From a virus: a stretch of 64,000 nucleotides of DNA. How positions within the stretch are numbered: position 1 is the first letter of the stretch; every line of letters starts with the position of its first letter. The DNA lies in IMG/VR virus record IMGVR_UViG_3300018080_000001, positions 32,001 to 96,000 of that record, one strand, 5' to 3'. This document shows positions 9,396 to 18,795 of the stretch, in pieces. The notes beneath the pieces were generated by a model, which did no database searches, was not told where the DNA came from, and saw nothing but the letters and a program-made list of their open reading frames with translations. Both the position numbers and the translations under genes were made by a program.

Positions 9396-11597
9396 TTAAT
9401 CTTCTTTTTCATGTTTATCTATCCAGCGCTGCACTATTTCAGTATCGACCACTAGAGGTACACTAAAATTCATAAATTGTTTCATATAGTCACTCATATA
9501 ATAATCCATTATGTTATTAGCTTGATCCACACAAGAATCTTGGGCCAAAACTGCAATCTCGTCATGAGTATTCATGAAAACTGCCGCATCCATTTGCTGT
9601 TTCCTAAATTCCCTACCTATATAATACATAGCAAGAGAAGTTGCATGCGCTCCAGTTCCTTGGACCGGAGCATTAACCGCTCGTCTTTTTGCGCTATTAA
9701 CGCGGCCACTAATATACTTCACGTATCCGTTTATTATACATGACCTCATGTGCACACAATCAGCGCATCTATACACATTTTTTTTACCAATTTTTCTTAC
9801 TCTTATTTTAAGATCCGCTTCATTAATATAATGGACATCTTCAAAATCTATATTCAAATCTTTTAAAATCGGCCCTTTTCTATAGCACTCAGGACGATCA
9901 AATTTTTTAGGCCAAAAAGTTCCTTCAGGTATCATTATCTGAGCATCAGGCAAGTGCCTCCGTCTTCCGAATAAATCGCAGACATATCCTTCCGCAATGA
10001 CAAATTGGTGCATATCCTCAATCCATTGCTTAAGCACAGGAGCCGCACCAAAATAATCTTCGTACACTAACTTTTCGGCTTCTTCCAAAGTTATTCCTAA
10101 AGATACCGAAAGAGCAAATGGAGATCTGCCGTATGCTATACCAAAATTAACGGCTTTTGCCTTACTACGAGATTCTTTAAAGTGTTTCTTAACATAACTT
10201 ACATCACAATCTGGATGCCAAATCCTTTGAGCCATTGCAGCATGCATATCATGGCCATTCAGGAAACCTTCGATCCATACAGGTTCTTGAGAAAAATGTG
10301 CAATAATTCGCAATTCAACTTGAGAAAAATCTTTAAATATAAACTTATATCCAGGAGGTGCCACATACATAGATTTAACAATATCACCACCATTTTCTGG
10401 TCTTGGCAACGTATTAAGCGTAGGATCACTCATACCTAATCGTGGTGTGACATTCATCATAAAATAAGTAGGGTGAACCCACCCTATTGTACCTTCATTA
10501 GTAACTTCTTTAATATTAATTAAAGAGGGTACAGCATAAGTACCTCTTATTTTATCAGCCCTTTTATATTTTGATAAAACAGATACTACGGGATGATCCA
10601 AATCTTTTAATGCGTCTGCATCCGTTATCCACCTACCGTGTTCATTACGCGTACCTTTTAATCCCATTTCCTCGAATAAAACTGCACCCAATTGCTTAGA
10701 AGATCCTACATCAAATACCTTATTACATAGCCTATGTACTTCTTTAGCCGACTCCTGCATTATTCTTTCTTGATCTTCTTTAACTTTTGTAGCAACATTT
10801 ATATCAACAGGAACTCCATGTAATTCCATCATAGTTAATTCATGCTGAATAGGCATCACTACATTAGAAAACATCCATGACATTTCTTCTTCTTCAAGCT
10901 TTTTCTCAAAAATATGTTTTAAAGCCAATGTGTAATCGGAATCACTACAACCATAGGGATACAGGGTATTCAAAGGAACTTTAGAATATCTCTTATATAC
11001 GGGATCATAAAAATTCAACTCTTCATCCATATCCTCTTTAAACTGTGAGGCAGACGTATCCAAATAAGCGTCAGACATTCCCAATTTAACTATATTACCG
11101 GTTGACTGAGAAAACTCAGATTTTAATTTATGTGAAGAAACTAAGTTTTCTTCATCTAACATAACATGTGCGAGCATAGTATCAAAAGTAAAATTTTTGA
11201 CCCTAATATCCTCCAATTCGCATAACTTTCTAACATCAAATTTTCCATTTTGAGCTATTTTGTCCGCAGGGGAAGATAGTATTTCGGATAACCTATTTAA
11301 TACAATATCATGCCGGGATAACCAAAAAGAAGAATCGTCTGCTTTACGTATAGGAAGATACGCCGCTGTACCCGGTTGCCAAATATCAAAGTGTTTGTGA
11401 TTCCAGGCAAAAGATATACCCGTTAATTTCTCTACAAAACCGTCTGGTATTTTCTTGCTCTTAGATGTTGGATGGTTAGTCTCTATATCAAACGCAAACT
11501 CACACGTATTCATAAGCTCGTTACAAAGCCACGATAACTTTTTAGGGTTATTTATTAAATAATATGTGGAGGGTATTTTCTTATCAGAAAAGAACAT
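9396..11597 (-). CDS. polA: Family A DNA polymerase with 3'-5' exonuclease
   Basis: ExoI FDIET, ExoII NGKFD, ExoIII YGCSD; motif A DFSQVELR, motif B RSKAKAVNFGIAYG, motif C HDE. Confidence 0.95.
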   Translation of the reverse strand: MFFSDKKIPSTYYLINNPKKLSWLCNELMNTCEFAFDIETNHPTSKSKKIPDGFVEKLTGISFAWNHKHFDIWQPGTAAYLPIRKADDSSFWLSRHDIVLNRLSEILSSPADKIAQNGKFDVRKLCELEDIRVKNFTFDTMLAHVMLDEENLVSSHKLKSEFSQSTGNIVKLGMSDAYLDTSASQFKEDMDEELNFYDPVYKRYSKVPLNTLYPYGCSDSDYTLALKHIFEKKLEEEEMSWMFSNVVMPIQHELTMMELHGVPVDINVATKVKEDQERIMQESAKEVHRLCNKVFDVGSSKQLGAVLFEEMGLKGTRNEHGRWITDADALKDLDHPVVSVLSKYKRADKIRGTYAVPSLINIKEVTNEGTIGWVHPTYFMMNVTPRLGMSDPTLNTLPRPENGGDIVKSMYVAPPGYKFIFKDFSQVELRIIAHFSQEPVWIEGFLNGHDMHAAMAQRIWHPDCDVSYVKKHFKESRSKAKAVNFGIAYGRSPFALSVSLGITLEEAEKLVYEDYFGAAPVLKQWIEDMHQFVIAEGYVCDLFGRRRHLPDAQIMIPEGTFWPKKFDRPECYRKGPILKDLNIDFEDVHYINEADLKIRVRKIGKKNVYRCADCVHMRSCIINGYVKYISGRVNSAKRRAVNAPVQGTGAHATSLAMYYIGREFRKQQMDAAVFMNTHDEIAVLAQDSCVDQANNIMDYYMSDYMKQFMNFSVPLVVDTEIVQRWIDKHEKED

Positions 11598-11881
11598 TAT
11601 CCGGCATAATTACTTTCTTCCCTCTCCATTCTTCTATTATGTCGGATCTTATCCCCGATATAACCTTTAGCCATCAAAATTGCTCTCAAGGCATCATCCA
11701 TATCACGTTGCTGTAGCATAGGAGATCTTTTTACTTCCTCAGAATTCCAATCCCGAAATTCACGACAAAGCTTTATATCATAGTATATTCGTTCTCCCTG
11801 CATATCCTTTTCAAAAATTTCAACTACTACAGATCCCTCTTGAACTTCATGAATCTTCACCTTAGATCTCTCCTCTTGCAT
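11597..11881 (-). CDS. Small putative nucleic-acid-binding protein
   Basis: Beta-beta-beta-helix pattern reminiscent of PC4/Whirly-like proteins; strong RBS; coupled to polA. Confidence 0.45.
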   Translation of the reverse strand: MQEERSKVKIHEVQEGSVVVEIFEKDMQGERIYYDIKLCREFRDWNSEEVKRSPMLQQRDMDDALRAILMAKGYIGDKIRHNRRMEREESNYAG

Positions 11882-11924
11882 TTAAACACAGCTCCTTTCA
11901 ATTTTTTTAATAACACAGATTATA

Positions 11925-13457
11925 TTATTCTGCACTACTTTCAACAGAGGTATTATCCGCGCCAAAACTATTTTCTGCCAAGGATTCATCTGAGGACGTG
12001 CCGTCTCTTTCTTCTATAGGCTCTATAGTAACAGGTTCAGAAACAGTAGGTTCTGAAGTAACCTCAATCGATGGTTCTACGACACTCTTCTTTCTTCCGT
12101 GAGTTTCTTTCAACTTCAAGATATCATCTTCCCTGAGATATTTTTTACCATCTCTTTCAGTATTTTGAACATTGTTATTCTTAACATGAGCATACATATT
12201 ATAATAAGAACAACCGTAAAAACCAGCTGCTTCAGTTACTGTGTATAAACGCACACCATCTTCATCAAACAAAGGACCCTTTTCCTTCTTCTTCCTCTCT
12301 ACCTTTCTCTGACTGCCGGATATTTTCTTTTCTTTCCTAGCTAAGACTTCGTCACGATGTACATAGATTCTACTACCAACTTGAGTCTTCTTCAAGTTAC
12401 CTTTGTTTATATGTACGTGTATATTAGGAGCGGAACACCCATAAAGTTCCGCCGCCTCTTTAACTGTAATCAAGTCCTGATCAGCAAGAGGAATCTCTGT
12501 CATTAAACTAGACTTCTCCTCATTTAGATCCGCTTCTACAGGAGGAGCTACAGGAGGAGCTACAGGAGGAGCTACAGGAGGAGCTACAGGAGGAGCTACA
12601 GGAGGAGCTACAGGAGCTTCAGTACTACGAGGAGCATCTATAACAAGAGGCTTTGCAGGAGGAGGAGCAGCTGGTGTAGTAGCCGCTACAGTAGTCTCCA
12701 CATTTGAATCGTCAGATGACGATACAACAGGCTGAGAAACCTCTACCTCATTATTCTCTTGTTGAGAAACAGTACCATTTTCCACATTTTCATTAACATC
12801 TTTGTTAAGATCCTCAGTAGAAGATCCTCCCCCCGGGGGTTTTACTTCACACATTTTTCTTCCTTTCTTTAATTTCAAATCCAAAACATCGGATTTCTTT
12901 ACATACATTTTTCTATTTAGCTCCACTTTAGACAATTTGCCGTTAGTCACTTTAGAATGCATATTACAATATGAGCACTCATATAATCTCGCCGCCTCCG
13001 TAATAGAAATCAGCTCTTCTTCCTTTTCTTCATCAACAGCATATAAATTAGTTTCTTTATCAGATTTCTCAGATTTATTATCTTCTTCCACAACAGATCT
13101 GTTTATAAGCGTACCAACTTGTTGGATCAGACTTTTATATCCAATTTTTAAATTTTTATCCACAGCCGTGTTTAAATTTTCCCCGCCTATCCCCAAACGA
13201 TAGGCAAAAACAGCTAAACAAAACTTACTAACATGACACGTAACCTTACAAATATTCAAAGGACTATTATTACAATACCTACATTTAACACCCCCCGCGC
13301 TCAAAGCCAAAGGGTTGCATTGATGCTTATCCAAATTCGGGTGTGAAAAACACTCCCAGTACAAATACTTACTATTTAGATCCCAATTGTAATTGGCATT
13401 AATCTTCTCGTATATAGCTTTATCCAAACTAACTTTTGGTTTAATCTTATATAACAT
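11925..13457 (-). CDS. Multi-HTH (excisionase/HTH_17-like x3) DNA-binding protein with a Cys/His N-terminal domain
   Basis: Three copies of L(I/Y)(S/T)xxEAAxxYxCSxxN...G.....Y...DV, separated by low-complexity linkers. Confidence 0.75.
   Translation of the reverse strand: MLYKIKPKVSLDKAIYEKINANYNWDLNSKYLYWECFSHPNLDKHQCNPLALSAGGVKCRYCNNSPLNICKVTCHVSKFCLAVFAYRLGIGGENLNTAVDKNLKIGYKSLIQQVGTLINRSVVEEDNKSEKSDKETNLYAVDEEKEEELISITEAARLYECSYCNMHSKVTNGKLSKVELNRKMYVKKSDVLDLKLKKGRKMCEVKPPGGGSSTEDLNKDVNENVENGTVSQQENNEVEVSQPVVSSSDDSNVETTVAATTPAAPPPAKPLVIDAPRSTEAPVAPPVAPPVAPPVAPPVAPPVAPPVEADLNEEKSSLMTEIPLADQDLITVKEAAELYGCSAPNIHVHINKGNLKKTQVGSRIYVHRDEVLARKEKKISGSQRKVERKKKEKGPLFDEDGVRLYTVTEAAGFYGCSYYNMYAHVKNNNVQNTERDGKKYLREDDILKLKETHGRKKSVVEPSIEVTSEPTVSEPVTIEPIEERDGTSSDESLAENSFGADNTSVESSAE
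12536..12616. repeat. 12-bp tandem repeat (ctacaggaggag x6 plus a partial copy) encoding APPV
   Basis: Perfect repeats seen directly in the sequence. Confidence 0.95.
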
Positions 13458-14548
13458 TAAACACTCACCTTTACTAAGAGCGAAACGTCATCCCGCTCTT
13501 GATTAGAAATTACCAAAGGCTTTTCGTCTAGATTATGTAATATAACTTCACCTTTATATGTTTTAATTATATTCAAACAATCTTTTTTATTTATGATTAT
13601 AGCTTCATTATCCACCACCCCTTTTTCTGTACACGATATTATTTCTCTCGCAAATCTACCATTCAAAGAACTTCCCTCTACAGACCATATAGGTATATCA
13701 TCACTAACTCCTACACATCTTAGATTTACGAACAAGCCGTCCTCACCCAGCACAGAAGACACAGTCTCTACTGCATTTAAAAGATCCTCGCAATTAAATT
13801 TATAATTATTATATATATCTGTATTAACTACAAATTCTTCATTCTTAAGTCCTAGTACAGATAAGTATTCTTCTGGATACGAATCATATATCAAGGATAA
13901 ACGTACTATAATATCGCCTTTCATATATAAATAAACACTATTAGAGTTAAAAGCTATTGTATTTATATTATTTTTCATCAGACTTAATAGACCAACTGTT
14001 TCTTTACCCAACGCAAAGCGGTACTTATAATCAGAATCGGATATAGATGTAAATATTTTAATTGAACTAGAATTTATCTTACAAACACGCAAAAATTCAT
14101 TATTGTCAATTAGCAATCCATCATATCCAGATTTAACAGATGTGAAATAATTACACTTACTTGACGAATCTACAATAAATTTTTTATCCGCAGTACTTAA
14201 AAACTTATCAGGTTCTACCCAAGAAAGAGGCTCATAATCACATATAGGTATTTCTATATTTATATTGTCCTTTTCCAAAAAAAGTTTATTCTCTGATACA
14301 TTAAAAATAACTTCATCATACAGTTTTTTAAAAGAAGTATAAAAAATATCAAAAGGAATTCCCAAATTAAATTCTTCATCGCATGCAACAGGATGGCTTA
14401 ATACACAAGTAACATAAGATGATTGCACATGTAAATAAAAAATCTTATCAGAAATATACATAAATATATTTCTAATATCCTTATCAGCCTTTTCCACACA
14501 TCTACAAAAATCTAAAATAGATTCTTGATCCATTAAAAAATTAATCAT
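13457..14548 (-). CDS. Divergent beta sliding clamp (DnaN-like)
   Basis: 363 aa with a repeated alpha/beta pattern, 'YPEEY' and terminal 'KPLVI...SLLVKV'; dnaX is nearby. Confidence 0.6.
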   Translation of the reverse strand: MINFLMDQESILDFCRCVEKADKDIRNIFMYISDKIFYLHVQSSYVTCVLSHPVACDEEFNLGIPFDIFYTSFKKLYDEVIFNVSENKLFLEKDNINIEIPICDYEPLSWVEPDKFLSTADKKFIVDSSSKCNYFTSVKSGYDGLLIDNNEFLRVCKINSSSIKIFTSISDSDYKYRFALGKETVGLLSLMKNNINTIAFNSNSVYLYMKGDIIVRLSLIYDSYPEEYLSVLGLKNEEFVVNTDIYNNYKFNCEDLLNAVETVSSVLGEDGLFVNLRCVGVSDDIPIWSVEGSSLNGRFAREIISCTEKGVVDNEAIIINKKDCLNIIKTYKGEVILHNLDEKPLVISNQERDDVSLLVKVSV

Positions 14549-15572
14549 CCCAACTCCATAAATACATCGGTTTCGGTTCTACCGTATCCATCTTAATCAA
14601 TTCCGACAAAACAGGTCTTTCTTCTTTAACATACGCACCATTAAAATAAATAGGAACTGGTTCTACCATACCCTTTTTTATAACTTCTAGCTTGTCCTTA
14701 TCCAAGATTTCATTGGCCTTCACATATATAGGGTCAATCCCAGGGATCTTTTCTTCCTGCAAAAAAGGAATTGCTCGTTCTATTTCGCACTTAGCATATT
14801 TAACTTTTCGCACAAATAAATTTAGCTCTCTGGCCAGAGCATTAACGCTAATACCTGGATTTTCCATCATACATTTTAAAACTATAGACCCTTCTTCAGA
14901 TATTTTATCAGCAATTTCATTTACATACTGCAAAAAGATTACATTATCTTCCGCACTAGAAAAATCACAAACAGGTGAGCATTCTTCACCATCCAAGCTC
15001 ATAACATCTACAAACTTCTCTACTTTATTTATATCCCTACGTTCTTGCTTAACCCCGTCTGATGCACTACTTACCTTTACCAATTGATTCTTTTCAACAA
15101 CCTTTTTGAAGCCATTCTTTTTTGTAAAATAGCTATTTATAATATCACAGGAACATTGTTGAATTTCTCTATATATTGCAGATCGGAATTTACCCTTCTC
15201 AACGGTTAATACAAGATTCTTGTCAACTCGTATTTCTTTTTTCTCTCTCTTATTAAAACGTGGTGTACGCAGTACTACTTCATTCCCCGCCTCTTCTACA
15301 AATTCGTAGACAGAACCTTGGTATCTATAGAGATCAACGTCATACATACTCTCCACTTCCGAAACAACCGTCAAAATCTCTTGCAAAACATCATCAGGAT
15401 TCTTTTTGGTAACATAACAAATTTTTCCCACAGTACTAGTTAATAAAGGCCTCCATTTCTTCAAACTATCGGACAAACGAGGATTACTTACGGATAAACC
15501 CTTTATGATCCTAGACAGCTTTGGAGAAATTACTTCAGCCATATACGACATCAGTTTCACCGATCCTTCCAT
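14541..15572 (-). CDS. Putative phage sigma70-family factor
   Basis: Region-2-like KWRPLL...PDDVLQEI and FRSAIYREI; region-3.2-like VMSLD; region-4 HTH ISVNALARELNL. Confidence 0.55.
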   Translation of the reverse strand: MEGSVKLMSYMAEVISPKLSRIIKGLSVSNPRLSDSLKKWRPLLTSTVGKICYVTKKNPDDVLQEILTVVSEVESMYDVDLYRYQGSVYEFVEEAGNEVVLRTPRFNKREKKEIRVDKNLVLTVEKGKFRSAIYREIQQCSCDIINSYFTKKNGFKKVVEKNQLVKVSSASDGVKQERRDINKVEKFVDVMSLDGEECSPVCDFSSAEDNVIFLQYVNEIADKISEEGSIVLKCMMENPGISVNALARELNLFVRKVKYAKCEIERAIPFLQEEKIPGIDPIYVKANEILDKDKLEVIKKGMVEPVPIYFNGAYVKEERPVLSELIKMDTVEPKPMYLWSWDD

Positions 15573-16491
15573 TCAAATAGAAAAACAAATCCTGATCTAT
15601 CTCACCGGGGTCCATATCCTCTTTCAAATAAATAATTTTAGAATACAAATCCATAGAATATAACTCATTAAAAATATCTAGAGAACAATCAAAAGTCTCA
15701 CCTCTAGCATCACCGTCCAAACATAGTACTGGAGTTAAATTATATGATTTACAAAGAAAATTTATTGTACTAAGTTGTCTATCCGTAGCATTTTTCGTAA
15801 ATAATCCTACAGCCTGCTCCCCCAAACGATATAAATTCCATACATCACTAGCACCCTCTACAATCCACAAATAAGGTGTTCTATTATTTACAAGCCAACC
15901 TCCGTACAAAAGCCTTTGAATACAACTATCTTTAGGATTATTCCACCTGAGTTTAGATACACCAAGATACCTAACTTGAAACGTAAAATAAGTACCATCA
16001 TAATCAAATATAGGTATAACCAAGCTATTTCTAATATTTACTCCATCAAACTCCGCATCAACACCGTAAACAATACCAAAATAGTCTAGTACATCTGAAT
16101 TCAATGATCTTTCTTTTAAATAAGGAAGATCTAAATTTATATTACGAATAAAAGGTGTTATTGGAAAATCGTTTATCCTAAAATAATTATTTTTCTTAGT
16201 CTTCTTATTACCAAGTATTTGCTCCAAATTTGCAGATACTCTAGTTTCCTTACCCCCTAACCTCGCATATACATCTTTCCAACTGGAAAGATTTTCCATC
16301 ATCTTATAGAACTTGAAAAAATTACCCGTTACCCCGCATCTAGCTGACCGACAAATAAATAATCCGTCTTCCGATATATCGAAACTTGGACTTTTATCGT
16401 CGTGAAAGGGACAGCAAACATGCAGCTCGCCCTTAGAACTAAAATCGTCACCAGAAAACTTAGAAAGTATATAGGATCTCTTATCAATCAT
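15535..16491 (-). CDS. DnaG-type DNA primase (start MIDKRS, or GTG at 16515)
   Basis: CPFHDDKSPSF...C...C CHC2 zinc finger; TOPRIM motifs IVEGASD, LDGD and DPG. Confidence 0.9.
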   Translation of the reverse strand: MIDKRSYILSKFSGDDFSSKGELHVCCPFHDDKSPSFDISEDGLFICRSARCGVTGNFFKFYKMMENLSSWKDVYARLGGKETRVSANLEQILGNKKTKKNNYFRINDFPITPFIRNINLDLPYLKERSLNSDVLDYFGIVYGVDAEFDGVNIRNSLVIPIFDYDGTYFTFQVRYLGVSKLRWNNPKDSCIQRLLYGGWLVNNRTPYLWIVEGASDVWNLYRLGEQAVGLFTKNATDRQLSTINFLCKSYNLTPVLCLDGDARGETFDCSLDIFNELYSMDLYSKIIYLKEDMDPGEIDQDLFFYLNGRIGETDVVYG

Positions 16492-16518
16492 AAATCGAAC
16501 CCAAAAAATCACCACAAA

Positions 16519-16542
16519 ATTTTGGACTTTTTAGTCCAAAAT
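16519..16542. repeat. Perfect inverted repeat ATTTTGGACT-N4-AGTCCAAAAT
   Basis: 10-bp arms seen directly in the intergenic region between helicase and primase. Confidence 0.8.
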
Positions 16543-16658
16543 CCACTTAGTAACCCCCACAATGTATGCTAAGATATGATCTAGCTCAATATATCACCAT
16601 ATACATACATTCTCTTCATTACGCTGTCAATACCATATTTCTCTGCCAGCCCAAGAAA

Positions 16659-16687
16659 ATAATAACTACAAAATAAGTAGCTGTCAA
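16659..16687 (-). promoter_or_regulatory. sigma70-type promoter upstream of primase
   Basis: TTGACA-N17-TATTAT. A second TTGACA lies at 16625-16630. Confidence 0.7.
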
Positions 16688-16735
16688 TACTTTAAGGTAA
16701 TTTTTTCTTCTTATTCTGCGATATACTAGAATGAA

Positions 16736-18079
16736 CTACTTTTTAATATAGGGATTTACTCTTTGAGCATGCTCCCACAAACGGTACATGGAAGGATCTA
16801 TCTGCATACGAGGTATATCAGTATCCAAAACCACGTGCGGTATCTTTATCTCACCACTACGAACAAACTGGGGTGATAAAACCAAAATACCTTCCTGCTT
16901 CTCCTGCTTTGTCTGATCTATAGCTATAGAAATATCCAAACCCTGCGATATATCAATGGCCTTACCCCTGTGCTCCAATTCCAACCGGTCTGCGCTAACA
17001 CCACCCATATTTGTCTGACCCGCCGTAAAAATAGCTACATTATATTTATCTGCATGACCTTTTAGATCCCACACTGCTTGCGCTTGGTCATGACGCTCTT
17101 CTCTATACCGCTTAGACGGCGCTATAATATTGAGATAATCCCATATCTCGAAATCTGGAGAGAAATTATTAGTGTCTTCCAATCTTTTTATTCGATCTTC
17201 TACTTCTTTTACCGTTGTTTCCCTGGATTTACATTTTATAATTTTTAGCCGGTTGCTCCAAGATTTAATCCATTCAAACATCCTATCTAAATTATCTTTT
17301 TCTTCCTGGGTAATAATCATATTAGAAATTCGATTAAAATTTAGACCAGAAAACATAGAATCGTACCTATCTGAAGTCAAACCGTAAGAATTTTCATAAG
17401 TAACATGTACACAATTAAAACCTTGTAACGAACCCGCATAACCCAAAGCGTTCAAGATAATTGATTTAAATCTTTTAAAAGGTGCTATGAACTCGACAAG
17501 CATTGGAGCTTTTATTATAAATTGTTCATCTAAACCCCTTATACCTGTTAATACTCTTGGATTTAAACTAGGATTATCTCTAATAGAACGCCGCATTTCT
17601 TGACGAGCATCGTAATCATCCGCAAAATCATGTACCTCTAATTCAGATTCAGATATAATACTCTTAGCTTCTACCGCACTAGACTCTAGCTCATCTGTGA
17701 GTAAATCAATACGACCTGTTCTGTTATAACCTTCGAAAGAAGCCGTTACCGCAGCATTTACTTTGCGATAAGCAACAAAAGCTCTAAACTTCTTATGCGC
17801 GTCTTTTTGAAATGTTATTTCTCTATCGTATAAACTACTTATTTGAATCTTATATTTAGAACGGGAATCTTCATCAGTAATGGAAGAAAGTTCCTGGTCA
17901 ACTAACCCTTTTGGTACAGGTTCCCAATCCCTTTCAATAAGAAGCTTTACAAACCATTTATAGGAATCTACAGAAAAATAATCAGGTTCTACTGATTTTA
18001 ATAAAGAATTATCAATATACGAATATTTTTTTAAAACAGAAGCTAGAAACTCTGCTTCAACTTCAATGTCTAAATGCAT
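16736..18079 (-). CDS. DnaB-like replicative helicase (atypical Walker A)
   Basis: N-terminal 'E.EFLAS', LTGIRGLD, HVTYE, WDYLNII, 'LKGHA...VAIFTAGQTN' and DISIAI. Confidence 0.8.
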   Translation of the reverse strand: MHLDIEVEAEFLASVLKKYSYIDNSLLKSVEPDYFSVDSYKWFVKLLIERDWEPVPKGLVDQELSSITDEDSRSKYKIQISSLYDREITFQKDAHKKFRAFVAYRKVNAAVTASFEGYNRTGRIDLLTDELESSAVEAKSIISESELEVHDFADDYDARQEMRRSIRDNPSLNPRVLTGIRGLDEQFIIKAPMLVEFIAPFKRFKSIILNALGYAGSLQGFNCVHVTYENSYGLTSDRYDSMFSGLNFNRISNMIITQEEKDNLDRMFEWIKSWSNRLKIIKCKSRETTVKEVEDRIKRLEDTNNFSPDFEIWDYLNIIAPSKRYREERHDQAQAVWDLKGHADKYNVAIFTAGQTNMGGVSADRLELEHRGKAIDISQGLDISIAIDQTKQEKQEGILVLSPQFVRSGEIKIPHVVLDTDIPRMQIDPSMYRLWEHAQRVNPYIKK

Positions 18080-18795
18080 TATACAGGCCAGCTGCTATCA
18101 GAAAGCCTTAGATCTTCCCCTCCACCCAATTCTACTTGTCTATATAGTTTTCCTCCTATATTTCCATCAGGCCCTATCTCTAATAATGAATCAACCAAAC
18201 CATTATAAATAGAAGATATATCCGAAGGATGATAGTTAGAAGTTATTATAGTAGGCAATTTATTATCCCTTCTGTAGTGCAAGAGTTGCTGGAGTGAAGA
18301 TAAAAATAAATCAAACTTCCAAGGTGCTGATCTATCTTCACTACCTAAATCATCCAATACGTAATAAGTAGATTTCCAGTTATCCTCAGAAAATTTTGCA
18401 TTTTCCAAGAACTTATCTACACGCTCAAAGCACCAATCTCTGTTACGATCATAATGATCAGTCCTCATAAAGTAACAAGCAATATTATATAGAAGAGAAT
18501 GTGCCAACGTAGTTTTACCCCGACCTTTTTCACGAGAAAATATGTATAAAGATAATCCTTCGTTCTCTATTAAAGCTGGACTATTCATGTATAAGTCTAT
18601 GCATTCACTACCGGAAAGGACAAAAGGTATTTCATAAAAATCAGAAACCAAATATAAATTATTTAGATTAAAACCACCGAAAATTAATCTATTAAAAGCT
18701 CTGAATTTTAAAATACAAGGACATACTCTACCCTCATAAACTCCCGTCCGATTACACAGATTGCAGCTATCTATAATGTCATCCTTAAGTGTCAT
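18079..18795 (-). CDS. DnaC/IstB-like ATPase (helicase loader)
   Basis: CxxC...CxC, KGRGKTT, VLDDLGSE, R...LPTIITSN; coupled to dnaB. Confidence 0.85.
   Translation of the reverse strand: MTLKDDIIDSCNLCNRTGVYEGRVCPCILKFRAFNRLIFGGFNLNNLYLVSDFYEIPFVLSGSECIDLYMNSPALIENEGLSLYIFSREKGRGKTTLAHSLLYNIACYFMRTDHYDRNRDWCFERVDKFLENAKFSEDNWKSTYYVLDDLGSEDRSAPWKFDLFLSSLQQLLHYRRDNKLPTIITSNYHPSDISSIYNGLVDSLLEIGPDGNIGGKLYRQVELGGGEDLRLSDSSWPV

Noticed and set aside
9700-9945. Intein or intron in polA
   Set aside because: The insert is short and in frame, with no C/S...HN splice junctions and no homing endonuclease motif.
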